A stretch of DNA of 61,976 bases, filler included, from Hausera hauseri (lineage: Eukaryota), in NCBI GenBank assembly GCA_046269625.1. It is 10 parts of 10 records of this genome, joined end to end, with 100 filler letters (N's around TTAATTAATTAA, not from the genome) between each part and the next. Parts side by side here need not be neighbours in the genome. Positions count along the whole stretch, not along the records: positions 50,708 to 56,843 come from JBJURY010135428.1; positions 56,944 to 61,976 come from JBJURY010355488.1; 8 more parts are not named here. The stretch is one strand, 5' to 3'. The translations under genes were made by a program, and so were the position numbers. Under the pieces are notes generated by a model. That model was not told the origin of the DNA, did not search any database, and saw nothing but the letters and a program-made list of their open reading frames with translations. Below, piece after piece: positions 50,708-61,976 of the stretch (its first letter is position 1; each line of letters begins with the position of its first letter).

Positions 50708-51939
50708 GGAACGACTTAAGCACCCTAGATCGTTTTAAAGTCCAAAGTATAGATTAAAGACAAGATTGGGTGCTATTTAAGACGGATGGAACCGTTATAA
50801 AATCAGTAAAATAGCAAGTAGTTCTATGGAACACGAATAAACGAGTGATGAGCCATTGTGATCTTCCTTATAGGATGCCAGAAGGATGTTGTGTCATAAA
50901 TTATGGGAACACTTACACCTTCACGATACGAATGTACTACAAAAACTACGAACGCACACATTAGCACGATAAGACCGCAAGTAAAATTAGTAATACCCGC
51001 CAGAGAACGGGTCAATCCAACAGAACTCAGCGACATAGTACAGTCAACCTATCCGACAAAATGGGCGTTGAATGAAAACATAATCGGTATTTCAGAAGAC
51101 AAGAAAAACAAATGTATCCAAATAGATACAAAGGAGAGATCGCCGAGCAACCAAGAGATTTTAATCAAGTTTAACAAAATAAAGGAATTAAGTCCAATTC
51201 CCCATTATTGTAGCGTCAAGAACACAGATCTTAGGATCTCTTGTAAAATCTCAGAAGGCTATGAAAATAGGATTCATTTTGACCTCTAGGGAATTAAAAT
51301 AAATAAATCGAGCACTTATTTAGGAACATATTATCCGGACAATAGAATCTAGAAAATTGCAGTTGAAACGACGGTGATGAGACTGAATGTTCCAGTAAGC
51401 ATTATTGTTAGGCTTACTACGACGAAAAAGATGAACAAAAAAAAATTGCTTTAGATTCCTGTGAAATGCTGGGTACAGCAACGCAAAATAGTATTTTCGG
51501 TAGAAGAAAAGCTTTACTATGACGTTGAAATAAATTACCGTACGATGCATATACACGTAAAAATAACCTTACTGAAAACGCATACCACACCGAATGAAAT
51601 TCTTGAATACCAAAGACAGAGTACATAATACAAATACATGCGAAAGACCTACAGAGTCAAACCTTTGCACTACAAACCCTCGAGGAAATACAAGTAGCAC
51701 TACATGCAAGCAAAGACATGGGATATGATACAACTACAGACGTAGTTACTACAAAATCTAAAGGGCTGACTGCTTTGCGAATTATAATGATCGTAAGCTT
51801 GTCAACATTCGTGCTTATAATATGTTTCGCGGCTTTTCGATAAGTCACCAAAAATTGTTAGAATAAGCGTCCTAAAGTCATAAAACGGGAATTAAGGGTA
51901 TTGGGACCCCAAGAGTACATCTATGATAAAATAACCTGA
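50708..51939 (+). pseudogene. Envelope-like type I membrane glycoprotein, C-terminal part, disrupted
   Basis: Cys-containing ectodomain fragments, then hydrophobic IIMIVSLSTFVLIICFAAF (~51781-51837), a basic stop-transfer tail and a terminal YDKI (Yxx-phi) motif. Confidence 0.5.
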
Positions 51940-52038
51940 TAATCAGAGATCGGGCTATTCTATCATCAAACAAAGAATTGGTTTTGGTTCAAAACCACAC
52001 TTTGTCATAGGATTAACCCTTACTATTTATTTTTTAGA

Positions 52039-53815
52039 TTGGTAAGTATCCAGATGAATACGAAAAACGAGCGAGGTAGTATCGACAATTTTTGGCAAAA
52101 ATGTGCAAATGTGCTAATTTCTCAGTCCAAATCGATATTCCGAAAAATTAATAACAAACTACAATGGAAGAACTTCGTAGAGTATAAACAAACCAGTGAA
52201 ATTCCAAACAATCTTAAAGGAAGCACTGAACAAGATAGAGTAGTGCAATTATACACAATGAGAGAGGATAGAGATGCGAAAGCGTATGCCCTGAGACAAC
52301 TGATTCAATACGAACCAGTTTATTACAAGAATATATTTATTCACTTGGCTGACGGAGAAATCTATTACCGACTAAAGGATCAAGCTTGGGACTCTTCATA
52401 AGGAAGGCAATATCGCTACAGCACTTTTTTGATTAATAGAGGAGATTTCCATCACTGTAATTGCGAAATAGAGTTTTGAGATGGTCTACGAAAACGCACC
52501 ATTTATCCAAGTACCACAATTACGATTCGAACAGAAACCCATTGAAAAGGATCAGGACGAACACCTGCACTCCTTTAAACTAGTGCAAGATGCTGGAAAC
52601 TCCAGGATTATATCGCTGAATTACGGAGAAGGCGACAACGGAAACGACATTCCGATCGAAATATCCGTATGAGAAATGGGTGAAATTGAAATCTACTCAA
52701 AAATCATTAGCCCCAGAAAACGAATAAGAGATACCTACTTAGAGGTCACGCGAGTAAAGAAGGAACAACTAATGCACGGAAAAGATGCCGAACTAGTTAG
52801 TGAATAACTGATCCATTGTTTGTATGGATGCATCCTTGTTGGATATCAAGTGGAAAGAATCGTGGAAAAACTGAGATTATCCACCACCTATATAGCAGGA
52901 ATTAGAGAAATAGAGACTCATCGCATAATAATGGAGCAGATGAAACAAATTCTACAAGGAAGAAATGGCTACTTGCCGCCGACCGTTGAAGGCCAATTTA
53001 AATTAATGCTCGAAGCCATGAACGGAAAACATGTAAGACTAGGATGATTATTGACAGCTAGCCAACGCTCTCAGTATTTGCGAGACATATATGCATGATT
53101 AAAATGGGACCACGAATGGATCCGTCGCAACCAAAGTCAAAACTTACGGAGTTCTACTAGCCCAGAAGAACAAAGCTCCATATATAGAAGATATTTCAGA
53201 CCTTATTCCCCTATTAGAACTGTTGAACCAATACCAGAAGACAGCTATCGGATAATTATCCAAAAACCTGAATTGAAATCAATCATCACGACCCCAAGAG
53301 TGGAAAACGAACCCATCACTAGCCACGGTTCCAATTCAGAAACTATAAAAAGGAAAGATGGGACACAAAAAAGTTTTAAAACACCCGAAATTTCAGAAAA
53401 ATATCGAGAGAAGGACAATCACCCGAAAAAGGAGAAAACCGAAACCGTATTAACCGTCAATAAAAGAAAATTATCAGTTTATGAATATCCATTTAAAAAG
53501 AAGAACCGTGAAGAAGACAAAAAGAAGTCTAATAAGGAAATAGAATTACCCAAAATAAAGCAGGACCCAAAGAGAATGGAATTCCAAAACGAAACGAAAG
53601 TAATAGAGAAAAATCGTAGAACCATAGAAACCCCGAACCAAGCGAAACTAACACAATCCGAGAAAATCCAAAGAAAAGTTAAAACGCAGGCACCAAGGAC
53701 GAAGTCCGAAAATGATACTACGTTCACCGGAATAAATGTTCTGAAAAAGAAAAGATCACAAGGAAATATCCATTTGTCAACAAATAAAGATTACCCCAGA
53801 TTATTAGTTACAGCA
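52039..53815 (+). pseudogene. Accessory 'ORF-X', copy 1 (homolog of 59543-61960), 3'-interrupted
   Basis: Blocks shared with the other copy: FIHLADGE[IV]YYR, DEHL.S.KLVQD, HCLYGCI..GY.V, LLTASQRS.YL..IY..LKW[DE]HEW..RN. Confidence 0.8.
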
Positions 53816-56800
53816 AGTAGGGTAAAAATGGGGAGTCTGTCCCACCCCAGGGGGACGGTAATCGATAATTCAATTTTGCACATGTGCCAATCGAGAGTGC
53901 ACACTGTGTACTATCGATCGGTAGTGTGCTAGGCAACGGTGCCGCTAGGCACCGTTGCTATTCACATTTTTGCACATTTCAAAAATCGATCGCTGCACAT
54001 TGCAAAACTAATAGAATCGATCGGAACAAAGTGCTAATCGATAGTGCACATCATTGCTCATCGATTAGTGCACAGAGCAGGTGTGCAAGCTTGCAAAAAT
54101 CAATAATATCGGATTTCCGATATTTCTAATATTGACGATTAGCACCTGGCCCCGGGTGCAATCGAAAGGACGCATTATAGACTGTGTCAATGTGCAGTTA
54201 GAATTTAAAAATATTGATTGGTTTTCGAATAATTGCCAATTGGGACAGACTTCAAATCTTAAGGCAGATATTCAAAATTCGAATATTTTCGAGCTCGAAT
54301 ATCGTAGTTCGAACTATTTCAAAAATCTAAGAAAGGAAATCGATTCCTCATGTATAAAAACCCCCTTACATATAAAAATTATTTCACGAAAATGTACTAT
54401 ATATATACAAAATCAATATTTCGGATTAAGCAAAATGTGAATTTCAAGCCCAATGAAGCGGAAATCAATAAATCTTATAGCGGGGCTGGATAGGAAATCA
54501 TGTATGCTGAATTGGAATATGGCATCAAATATTCGAAATCGAGCTTCCAAGTCGAATATTTACCTATTCGAACTCGAATAATCGATCAGGCATGCATTAT
54601 TCGAAGAATCTGCTCAATCAAATTATGAAGACCCTTACAATGTCCATAAACGGCACTTGATTTTCTTCACCAAGTCGAAAAAACAAATATGACAATAACG
54701 ACTTTTATGGCAAAGGAAAATCGAGGGTTCAGTTCATATGTGTATTGCACATGTGCAATACACAATCCTCAGAATTGCCACAATACCATGAGGAGCTATA
54801 ATGGGCACAAATTCAATATGACAATCTATTATATCTGCCCAGGATGTGAGGCTGTATGTGATGGAGAATACATACAGTTTTGTGAAGATCACAAACATCA
54901 TTTGACTGACTTCGCATCAAAGTCAAAGAAGACCATCTTTATTGAACATAAGCCAGTTGCACAGTCTGCAGTACCACAACCTGTAGTACAACCAGATGCA
55001 GGACTAAAACGCGCATCAGGCGCATCAGGTGTAGCGGCTTTAACAAAAGTCAAGGACAGCGGCCATTTAATTCTGCAGCATAAAATAGGAAATGCCGCAA
55101 ATATGTCATTCATGCAACTGGTCAAACAACCATCAAGGAGTTCCTGGAGTACACAAAAGAAGAAACAGAGGGGATTCTTCAGGATATATGACTGAACTCA
55201 AAGCTATAAAGTCAATATGAAACTGAAAGTCACATACATCAATGTTGATGGCGAAGAGTCCAAAAGAGCCTTCAAGATCTGAAATAGGCCCATATTGGAA
55301 AACACCAATATAGTGGAATGGTCTAATCAGCAACATTGGAAGTTGATCCGTGAAGCCGATGACTGCCAGGATAAGAAGAGTGAATGGACTCTGGCAATCA
55401 TCAAGAGATTGCTTGTGTATGTTTACAAATACTTGTCCATGCGGAGCAGCTCCTATATACAGCTTCCGGAATGGATCGTAAGGAAAAAGGCATGCATCAA
55501 TGTTCTTAATGATGACAACAAGTGTTTCGTGTATGCCATTTTATGTAAACGCGTACGGGATCAAAAACATGCATCAGATCGAGTTTGGCTATATAAGGAT
55601 GTCAGCACAACTATGACTTCCAGTGTATCACATTCCCGCCATCCATAGATGAGATCAAGAAGTTCAGTCGAACCAACAATATATCAATCAATAACATTAT
55701 ATTGGATGAGGAAGATAAATTCTATTTCCTGCAGATATGTGATGATAAATTGGAATATCGTAGGGATCTGCTCCTACTAGACGATGGCGAAAAGAGGCAT
55801 TTCATCTGGATAAAGAACTTTGAGTGTCTAGTCAGATTCCAAATTACGAAACATAAGGAAAGAATCAAAGTATGTAAACGATGCTTGTCTCATTTCAGCG
55901 GCTAGTTAGTTGTAGAGAAGCTGAAGGAGCACAAGATGTACTGTAACAACAATTACTGTATCAGGCCAGAATTCCCCAAGGAGGACTACATTGAATTCAA
56001 GGAGTTCGAGAAGAAGATCAAGATCCCAATAGTTATCTTTTGCGATTTTGAGGCTATTCTGCGTCAAATTCAGATATGAGGTCCCAGTCATCAGCATAGC
56101 AGCACAACGGCATACCAATATCATAAACTCTCATCATATTGCATGTATGACAAAGGACTTGATAGTGAGCATTCCTGTTCAGAGGTCTAGATGCAGCAGC
56201 ACATTTCATAGAACGATACGGGATACATACTGGAGGTGGATATGGAATATCTGGCTTTCATCCACGCAAGGCATCAACAGCTGCCTTTCCTCCCTGAGAG
56301 CAGGCCTCCGCCCCATGAAATCAGAGAAAGCTGCTCTGCCATCTGGGTAGTAGGAAGAGGTATGTAGTTCACTACATTAATCTCCAGCATGCAGTTAGAC
56401 ATGGACTTCGTATCACAAAGATCCATAGCGCCCTTCAGTTCAGCCAGTCCATGTGCCTGCAGCCCTACATAGATATCAATACCAGTCTGCGGACTAATGC
56501 CAAGAAAGATTTTGAGAAGGACCAGTTCAAGCTTTACAACAATTCGGTCTTTGGCAAGATTATGGGGAACGTCGGGAACAGGATCAACATAGAACAGGTA
56601 TCTGACTGGAAGTGAGCAAAGAAGCTCATTCCCAAGCCCAATTTCCAGCAGCACCGTATATACTGAGAATTTGGTATGTATCCGTGTGCTGAAAACAGCA
56701 TTGGTATTCAACAAGCCTATATATGTGGTATGGAAATACTGGATCTATCAAAGACCTTAATGTATTATTACCACTACGACATCATGGTCCCCAAGTTCAA

Positions 56801-56843
56801 GTCCATGCAGCTCATGTATATGGATACTGACAGTTTCATCTAT
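53816..56843 (+). mobile_element. Polinton/adintovirus left arm: repeat-rich putative terminus plus deleted protein-primed DNA polymerase B
   Basis: SSYIQLPEWIVRKKACINVLNDDNKCFVYAI, FEKDQFKLYNNSVFGK, ILDLSKTLMY..HY..QLMYMDTDSFIY. Upstream non-coding tract starts AGTAG and is rich in ATCGAT/GTGCAC/TTCGAA. Confidence 0.85.
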
Positions 56844-57029
56844 NNNNNNNNNNNNNNNNNNNNNNNNNNNNNNNNNNNNNNNNNNNNTTAATTAATTAAN
56901 NNNNNNNNNNNNNNNNNNNNNNNNNNNNNNNNNNNNNNNNNNNTTAAACTTACTGTTCCATTCACTCGTAATAGTAACATGTGTGGTTGCTGTAATCATT
57001 CAGGTATTCAGTTAGCAAGATTTCATGGA

Positions 57030-58759
57030 CATGGCTGCACAAGAAACATTGAAGATTATTCTGATGCCAGAAAGTTCAGACGACGATGACGACATTGTCG
57101 ACGGAGATGAATGCATATATGAAGATTACACCGAAGAGCAGGATTAAAAGGCTGATGATGCCGAAAAAGTCAACAACAATTCCAATGATGTTTAAAGTGA
57201 TTCTAATGACGCTGAGAAAGGTCAAGACTGTTCAAGTAATGACAAAGATGCAGCAACAATGAAGATGAGTCAATGATAATGCTCTTTATGAAATAACAGA
57301 CCAAAGCAAATGAATATTCAGCGTTACCTCTCCTGACACGGTAATCAGTGATCATCAGTACCAACACAGATTAATCCAAGATGTCGAACACCTGTTCACA
57401 ACGTAGTACATCAGCAGTCAGGTCCCACTTGTGAAGTTGTAGAAAAAGCAGTAACAAATCAGGGTGCTTTCAACAGTTTTATAATACAAGACATGATTCA
57501 GATCGTTGTACAATATACGAATGAAGAAACATAAATGGTGTTACTACTTCTGACGGGCTTTTATCGTGGTCACCTAGAACTGATAATCCATCTTTGAAAT
57601 GTTTAACAAGGTGGACTCATCTTCGGTAGTAATGTCGCTAAATCGTTTTCAGTTACTGAAACGAATGATGCATTTTGATTCCAGGGACACAAGAGAGAGA
57701 TAGCGCTGACAGAAAGATAAGATGGTTCCAATAAGAAACATACATGACAAGTTCGCAGTTAGATGCCGAACATTGTACAAACCATGTCCTCAGCCCTGTA
57801 TTGATGAAAAGTTGCTTGTCAACCGTGGTTATTGCCCGTTCAAAATCTGCATCCCCGTAAGCCAAGGAAACATGGGTTGTATATGTGGGTTTGTTGTGAT
57901 GTTGATATATCATACGTGTGAGACTTGCAGAGGTATACCGACAAGCAAGGTCAAACACTGGAAGTAGATTAAGCAACAAGAGTAGTTCTGCAGCTGATAG
58001 AACCTAGGACTGGTTTAGGGCGAGACTGTACTGGAGACAATTTTTTCACATCACTCACTATGGCGAATGCTCAGCTAACCAGAGAGATAACCTACTGTGA
58101 AATAATCAGACATATTCGACACTTTCTTCCATCTGCCCTGTTGGACACAAAACAATGAAATATAAATTCGAGTTCTTTTACTTTTCTCGGCGACAAAACA
58201 GTAGTGTCATACATACCGAATCGAGAAAAGAATGTTTTACTCTTTTCAACGCAACATCACAATGAAGAAGTACATGATGAACGTGAAGATAAAAAACCGC
58301 AGATAATCCTCCACTACAATCGAACAAAAGGAGCAGTCGATAATGTTGTCAAATTTATCAGAACGTATTCATGCCAACGTAAATCACGAAGATGCCCCAT
58401 GATTTTTTCCATAACTTATTGGACATCGCTGCTACATTGCAGCCGTGGTTTCCTTCTCAGTAAATCCTGATTTCGACAAAGGTAAACTACAAAGCCGCTG
58501 TCTTTTCTGGAAAGACTGGCTATTGATATGATTGCTTTCAATCCATAATCGGAAAAATGACATTACAGATGCGATTACATTACCAGTACACATTCCTGAC
58601 TGGGTTTCAACAGCAACAAAACCAGCACGAAAACAAGCTCGTTGTACACTGTGTCCAAGATCAACAGACAGAAAGACTGTGGAAAGGTGCAGCATTTACA
58701 ACAGCAGCATCTGCAAAGACCATGCACGCAATGTATATAATCCACAATGCAACCAGTAG
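57030..58759 (+). mobile_element. Degenerate piggyBac transposase
   Basis: Acidic N-terminus; CIDEKLL..RGYCPFK; TGDNFFTSL; KNVLLFSTQH; KPQIILHYNRTKGAVD; C-terminal Cys-rich RCTLCPRSTDRKT..C...ICKDH. Confidence 0.92.
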
Positions 58760-59010
58760 CGAATGGATGTTTAGCACATGCAATCTACAGATTGTCACTG
58801 ATTGTGTACAGTACTGAACAGACACAAACACTGAATAAAACAGTTGTTACAGTTGTTACCGTCTCCCACTATAACAATATTAGATTCAATTTAGATTAGC
58901 TCTGTGAGCAGGTTAGTATTACTCGTTCTCGAGTAATCTGCTTGTGCCTTAAAAATTAAATACGTTAACTGTATACTGCGTGTACTGCGAGAGCCTAAAA
59001 ATGCTTGATC

Positions 59011-59550
59011 TGTTTACTTGTTTTTCGACTTAGCTATTAATTTTAGACAATGATTTTTCCCTTAGGGTACTACAAATCGTCCTTAAGGGACGATGGAAAA
59101 CTATAGAATTTTGAAAAAAATAAATGAATACGTAATAACCTTTATTTGACACGTGGACAATATGATGGCTTCAATCACGGAAAACAATACCTCAAGTCTC
59201 TTTTAATAGTGAAGAATATATTGCAATATATCGATTGACACAACTGATCACTGCGATCTTAAGTCGCAAGTTTTTTTGGTTCTGCCTGTTTTGTTTTCGG
59301 GGCTTACTTATATAAATCTCTGAACGGATTCAACTTTGATTTTTCCTAATTTACTCTGTGTTATAATTGAATTATTCAATTTAATCTTCATTAACCTACA
59401 GTAAATAAATTTGTAAACTGTAAACTATTCGCATATGATAAATTAGCAATCAGTTCATTTTTAAACTATAAACAAAACGGATATTTATCTAATTTAATTT
59501 ACGTACAGCCATAATTCAACTTTAGTTTCGATTATTGACCTTTTATGACA
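59011..59550 (-). repeat. Putative ~540-bp 3' LTR (TGTCAT...TAAACA) preceded by PPT AGGGAGGAAAAA (59551-59562)
   Basis: A pure purine tract abuts TGT; TATATAAG (~59310) and AATAAA (~59143) lie in the expected order. The distal end is tentative because no second LTR is present. Confidence 0.6.
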
Positions 59551-61960
59551 TTTTTCCTCCCTGAACGACATCCTCGGAAGTTCCTATTGCGTCAGAAGAG
59601 GTGGCGCCAATTGTCCTTAATGGTCTTAATTGATTCATTCTCTCGTTCAGATCGAATGAGGATTCTCGACGGTTTCGACTAATATTTGGGTTTGTTTCCA
59701 AATTATAACTATGATAGGATTTTATTCGAACGATGCGTGTATAATTTCCGTCAGAGTAGTACTTCAATTCTGTGGCCTCAGCTCGGCACACTTGACATGT
59801 TGTTTTTCCATTGTCAAGTGTCCACTTCTCTAGACAGTCTCGACAATATTTATGACGACAGCTTTTGTTATCTAGTATTACATACCCTTGTCTTAAGTTA
59901 GCTTCACAGACGGGACATTCATTATCCTCCTTGTCCCAATCGTCTCGATCTAAATCTACTTGAATTATCAAATCGATAGGCTCGAATACAAGGTCATCTT
60001 TATCTTGGTATAAGTAGCCATGAATCACTTTATGTTTGGGTTAATTGAGCTCTTACGTGGGTCACAATCCACTTGGATTAAGGTCCAGTCTGCCATAACA
60101 TTTTTGTCCACATCGGGGATATTTCCTTCTATCTTATACTTCTGATATTGTTTCTTCAGTAATACTCGGATTTGTTTGTCCACGGGAACTACTATTTTTC
60201 CTGTTCTTTTTGAGCGGAATATTGAAGTGAGATAGGCTCCGAGTCTAATGTTCTCCTATACATAGGTATTTTCGAAAACCTCTCTGGCTGGGGCAAGTTT
60301 GATGAAGAACATTGCTTCCTTTATTATTTTCTTACCGTAGTATTCTGTGGTTATCAACATTCGATGAAATTCTTGGCTTGTTTTAAAGTGTACATCCTCT
60401 TTACTTCGTTGTCCTATCAAGGCATTGATTTCCGTTATTATGGGATTCCTAATTCCCTTTTCAACGGTTCTATGTTTTGAGAAGTGCTTGGTTGATTCTG
60501 CTGGTTCTCTACTTCTTGTCCTTCGTCTGTTTTCCGCCTTTTGAATAGGTAGTTGTATATGGATAATGTTTTTCTGGGTTTGGGTTTCTCTTCTAATTTC
60601 ACCTTTTTAATTATTGTTGCTGGTCTTATTTCTCCTCTTCGTTCTTCTGGGGGCTTTGATGTTCCTTGTAGTATCTTTTCTTTTTCTTTAATTGTTAATG
60701 ATTCCATCCTGTTTTCGGTTCCCTGTTCTGGTACCGTAATCTGGCGACTATGTTTGTCTGTAAGCTGAATAGTTCGAATTGGGGAATAAGGTTTTATACT
60801 TCTATATTTTCCATCTATCTATTCAGGTTTTATAGAACTGTGTAGATTGTACGTAGGATTTCTATGGACCCATTCATGTTCCCATTTTAGTGTTATATAA
60901 ATTTCTTGTAAATATCTAGACCGTTGGCTAGCAGTCAGAAGTCTCGTAATCTTACTCGGATTTTTACTCGTAGCTTCGACGGTTATTTTGAAGAAAGCTT
61001 CTGGTGCCGTTGGTCGATTTCGTCCTTGCACGGTGTTTCCATCCGTTCTTGGACTACCGAATGGTTAGCTATTTCCCTAAGTCCGGCGATATTTGCGTCG
61101 GATATCCCTAATAGCTTGATTTCTCTTTTGACATTATATCCAGTTATTATGCATCCGTAAAGGCAATGTTCCAACTCTGAACGGACTTGTAAGATATTCT
61201 TTCCATTTATTAATTGGTCTTTTCTTAGACCAGTCACTTCCGCATGTGACTCCTGGCCGTGCTTTCGAGGGTTTATGATGGTTGCGTATAACTCGGATCC
61301 GTCTCTTTCTCGGATAAATACCTCAATCTGTATTTCATATCCATAATCTCCTCTACCATAGTTTGTAGCCAATATTCTTATGTTGCGACCGTCTTGGACT
61401 AATTTGTATGATTGCAAATGCTCATCTATTTCATCCTCTGTTGGAATTTGTTCGAATTGTAGGACTGGCAAGCCTAAGTTGCAGTCTTCTTTGTAGGTTA
61501 TTTCGAACATCAACTTGACGGGTAATGCTGTTACTCGGAATTCTAATCCGTAGTCGATAGTCTCTAGACCTTTTCCGCTTATTTTGAATGTGCTGAATCG
61601 GTATTGGCGCCCTTAATTTCCATCCCAGTGCTGATTTTTAATTCTATAGTAAACTTCTCCATCTGCCAAGTGTATGAATACGTTTTCCATTCTGATCGTT
61701 TTACTCTGGATTAATTCTTTCAGATCATATGACTTAGCCTGGTGATTATCTCTCATTGCGTATAGTGAAACCATGCGGTTATCTTCGGTAGTACCCTTTA
61801 GATCATTGAGTATGTTAGTTACTTTTCGGTATTCGACATATATTTCAGTTCGTAGTGCATCGTTAATTCGGCGGTATATCCCTTTTGATTTTGGAATAAG
61901 AACTATTCCATACTGTTGTAGGAATTTGTCAATCCTGGGTCGGCTGTTCGTACTTACCAT
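59543..61960 (-). pseudogene. Accessory 'ORF-X', copy 2, ending in a C3HC4 RING finger
   Basis: About 800 codons in fragments homologous to 52039-53500; terminal CPVC..SCRHKYCRDCLEKW..CQVCR; the stop codon lies inside the start of the putative LTR. Confidence 0.8.
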
Positions 61961-61976
61961 TCTGAAAGAAAATACA

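Noticed and set aside
35283-56843. Treating the Polinton capsid module and the pPolB fragment as one element
   Set aside because: They are on different contigs separated by linkers; no physical linkage is shown.
1-61976. Alternative genetic code to explain the many in-frame stops
   Set aside because: All three stop types occur together with frameshifts and deletions, and intact genes use standard stops, so this is ordinary decay.
1-61976. CRISPR arrays, rRNA, intact tRNA genes, prokaryotic operons
   Set aside because: No repeat-spacer periodicity or full cloverleaf seen; the content is eukaryotic.

Overview
AT-rich invertebrate (metazoan) DNA, not prokaryotic. The window is ten unrelated contigs joined by artificial 100-nt N/TTAATTAATTAA linkers, so adjacency across gaps means nothing. 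It is dominated by decayed mobile elements: two copies of a CsRn1-like Ty3/gypsy family, a second gypsy type with a 107-bp LTR, DD37D (maT), Tc1 and piggyBac transposase remnants, a Polinton/adintovirus structural module, a separate pPolB fragment, SINE pieces and a MITE. Host-type genes are intronless disrupted FNDC3 and MARK/PAR-1 copies, a spliced MAPK phosphatase, eIF4B, a RING protein and two unidentified spliced genes. The most notable signals are: (1) a ubiquitin-like domain ending RICGG-M (reconstructed ancestor RIRGG-M) fused to the Gag N-terminus in both CsRn1-like copies; (2) two divergent copies of an apparently complex LTR element with an env-like membrane protein and a splice-acceptor-led accessory ORF, which in one copy ends in a RING finger at the PPT/LTR; (3) a TBP-like gene in a Polinton; (4) intronless host genes co-oriented just upstream of both UBL-gag elements. 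All calls come from reading motifs by eye; no database searches were run.
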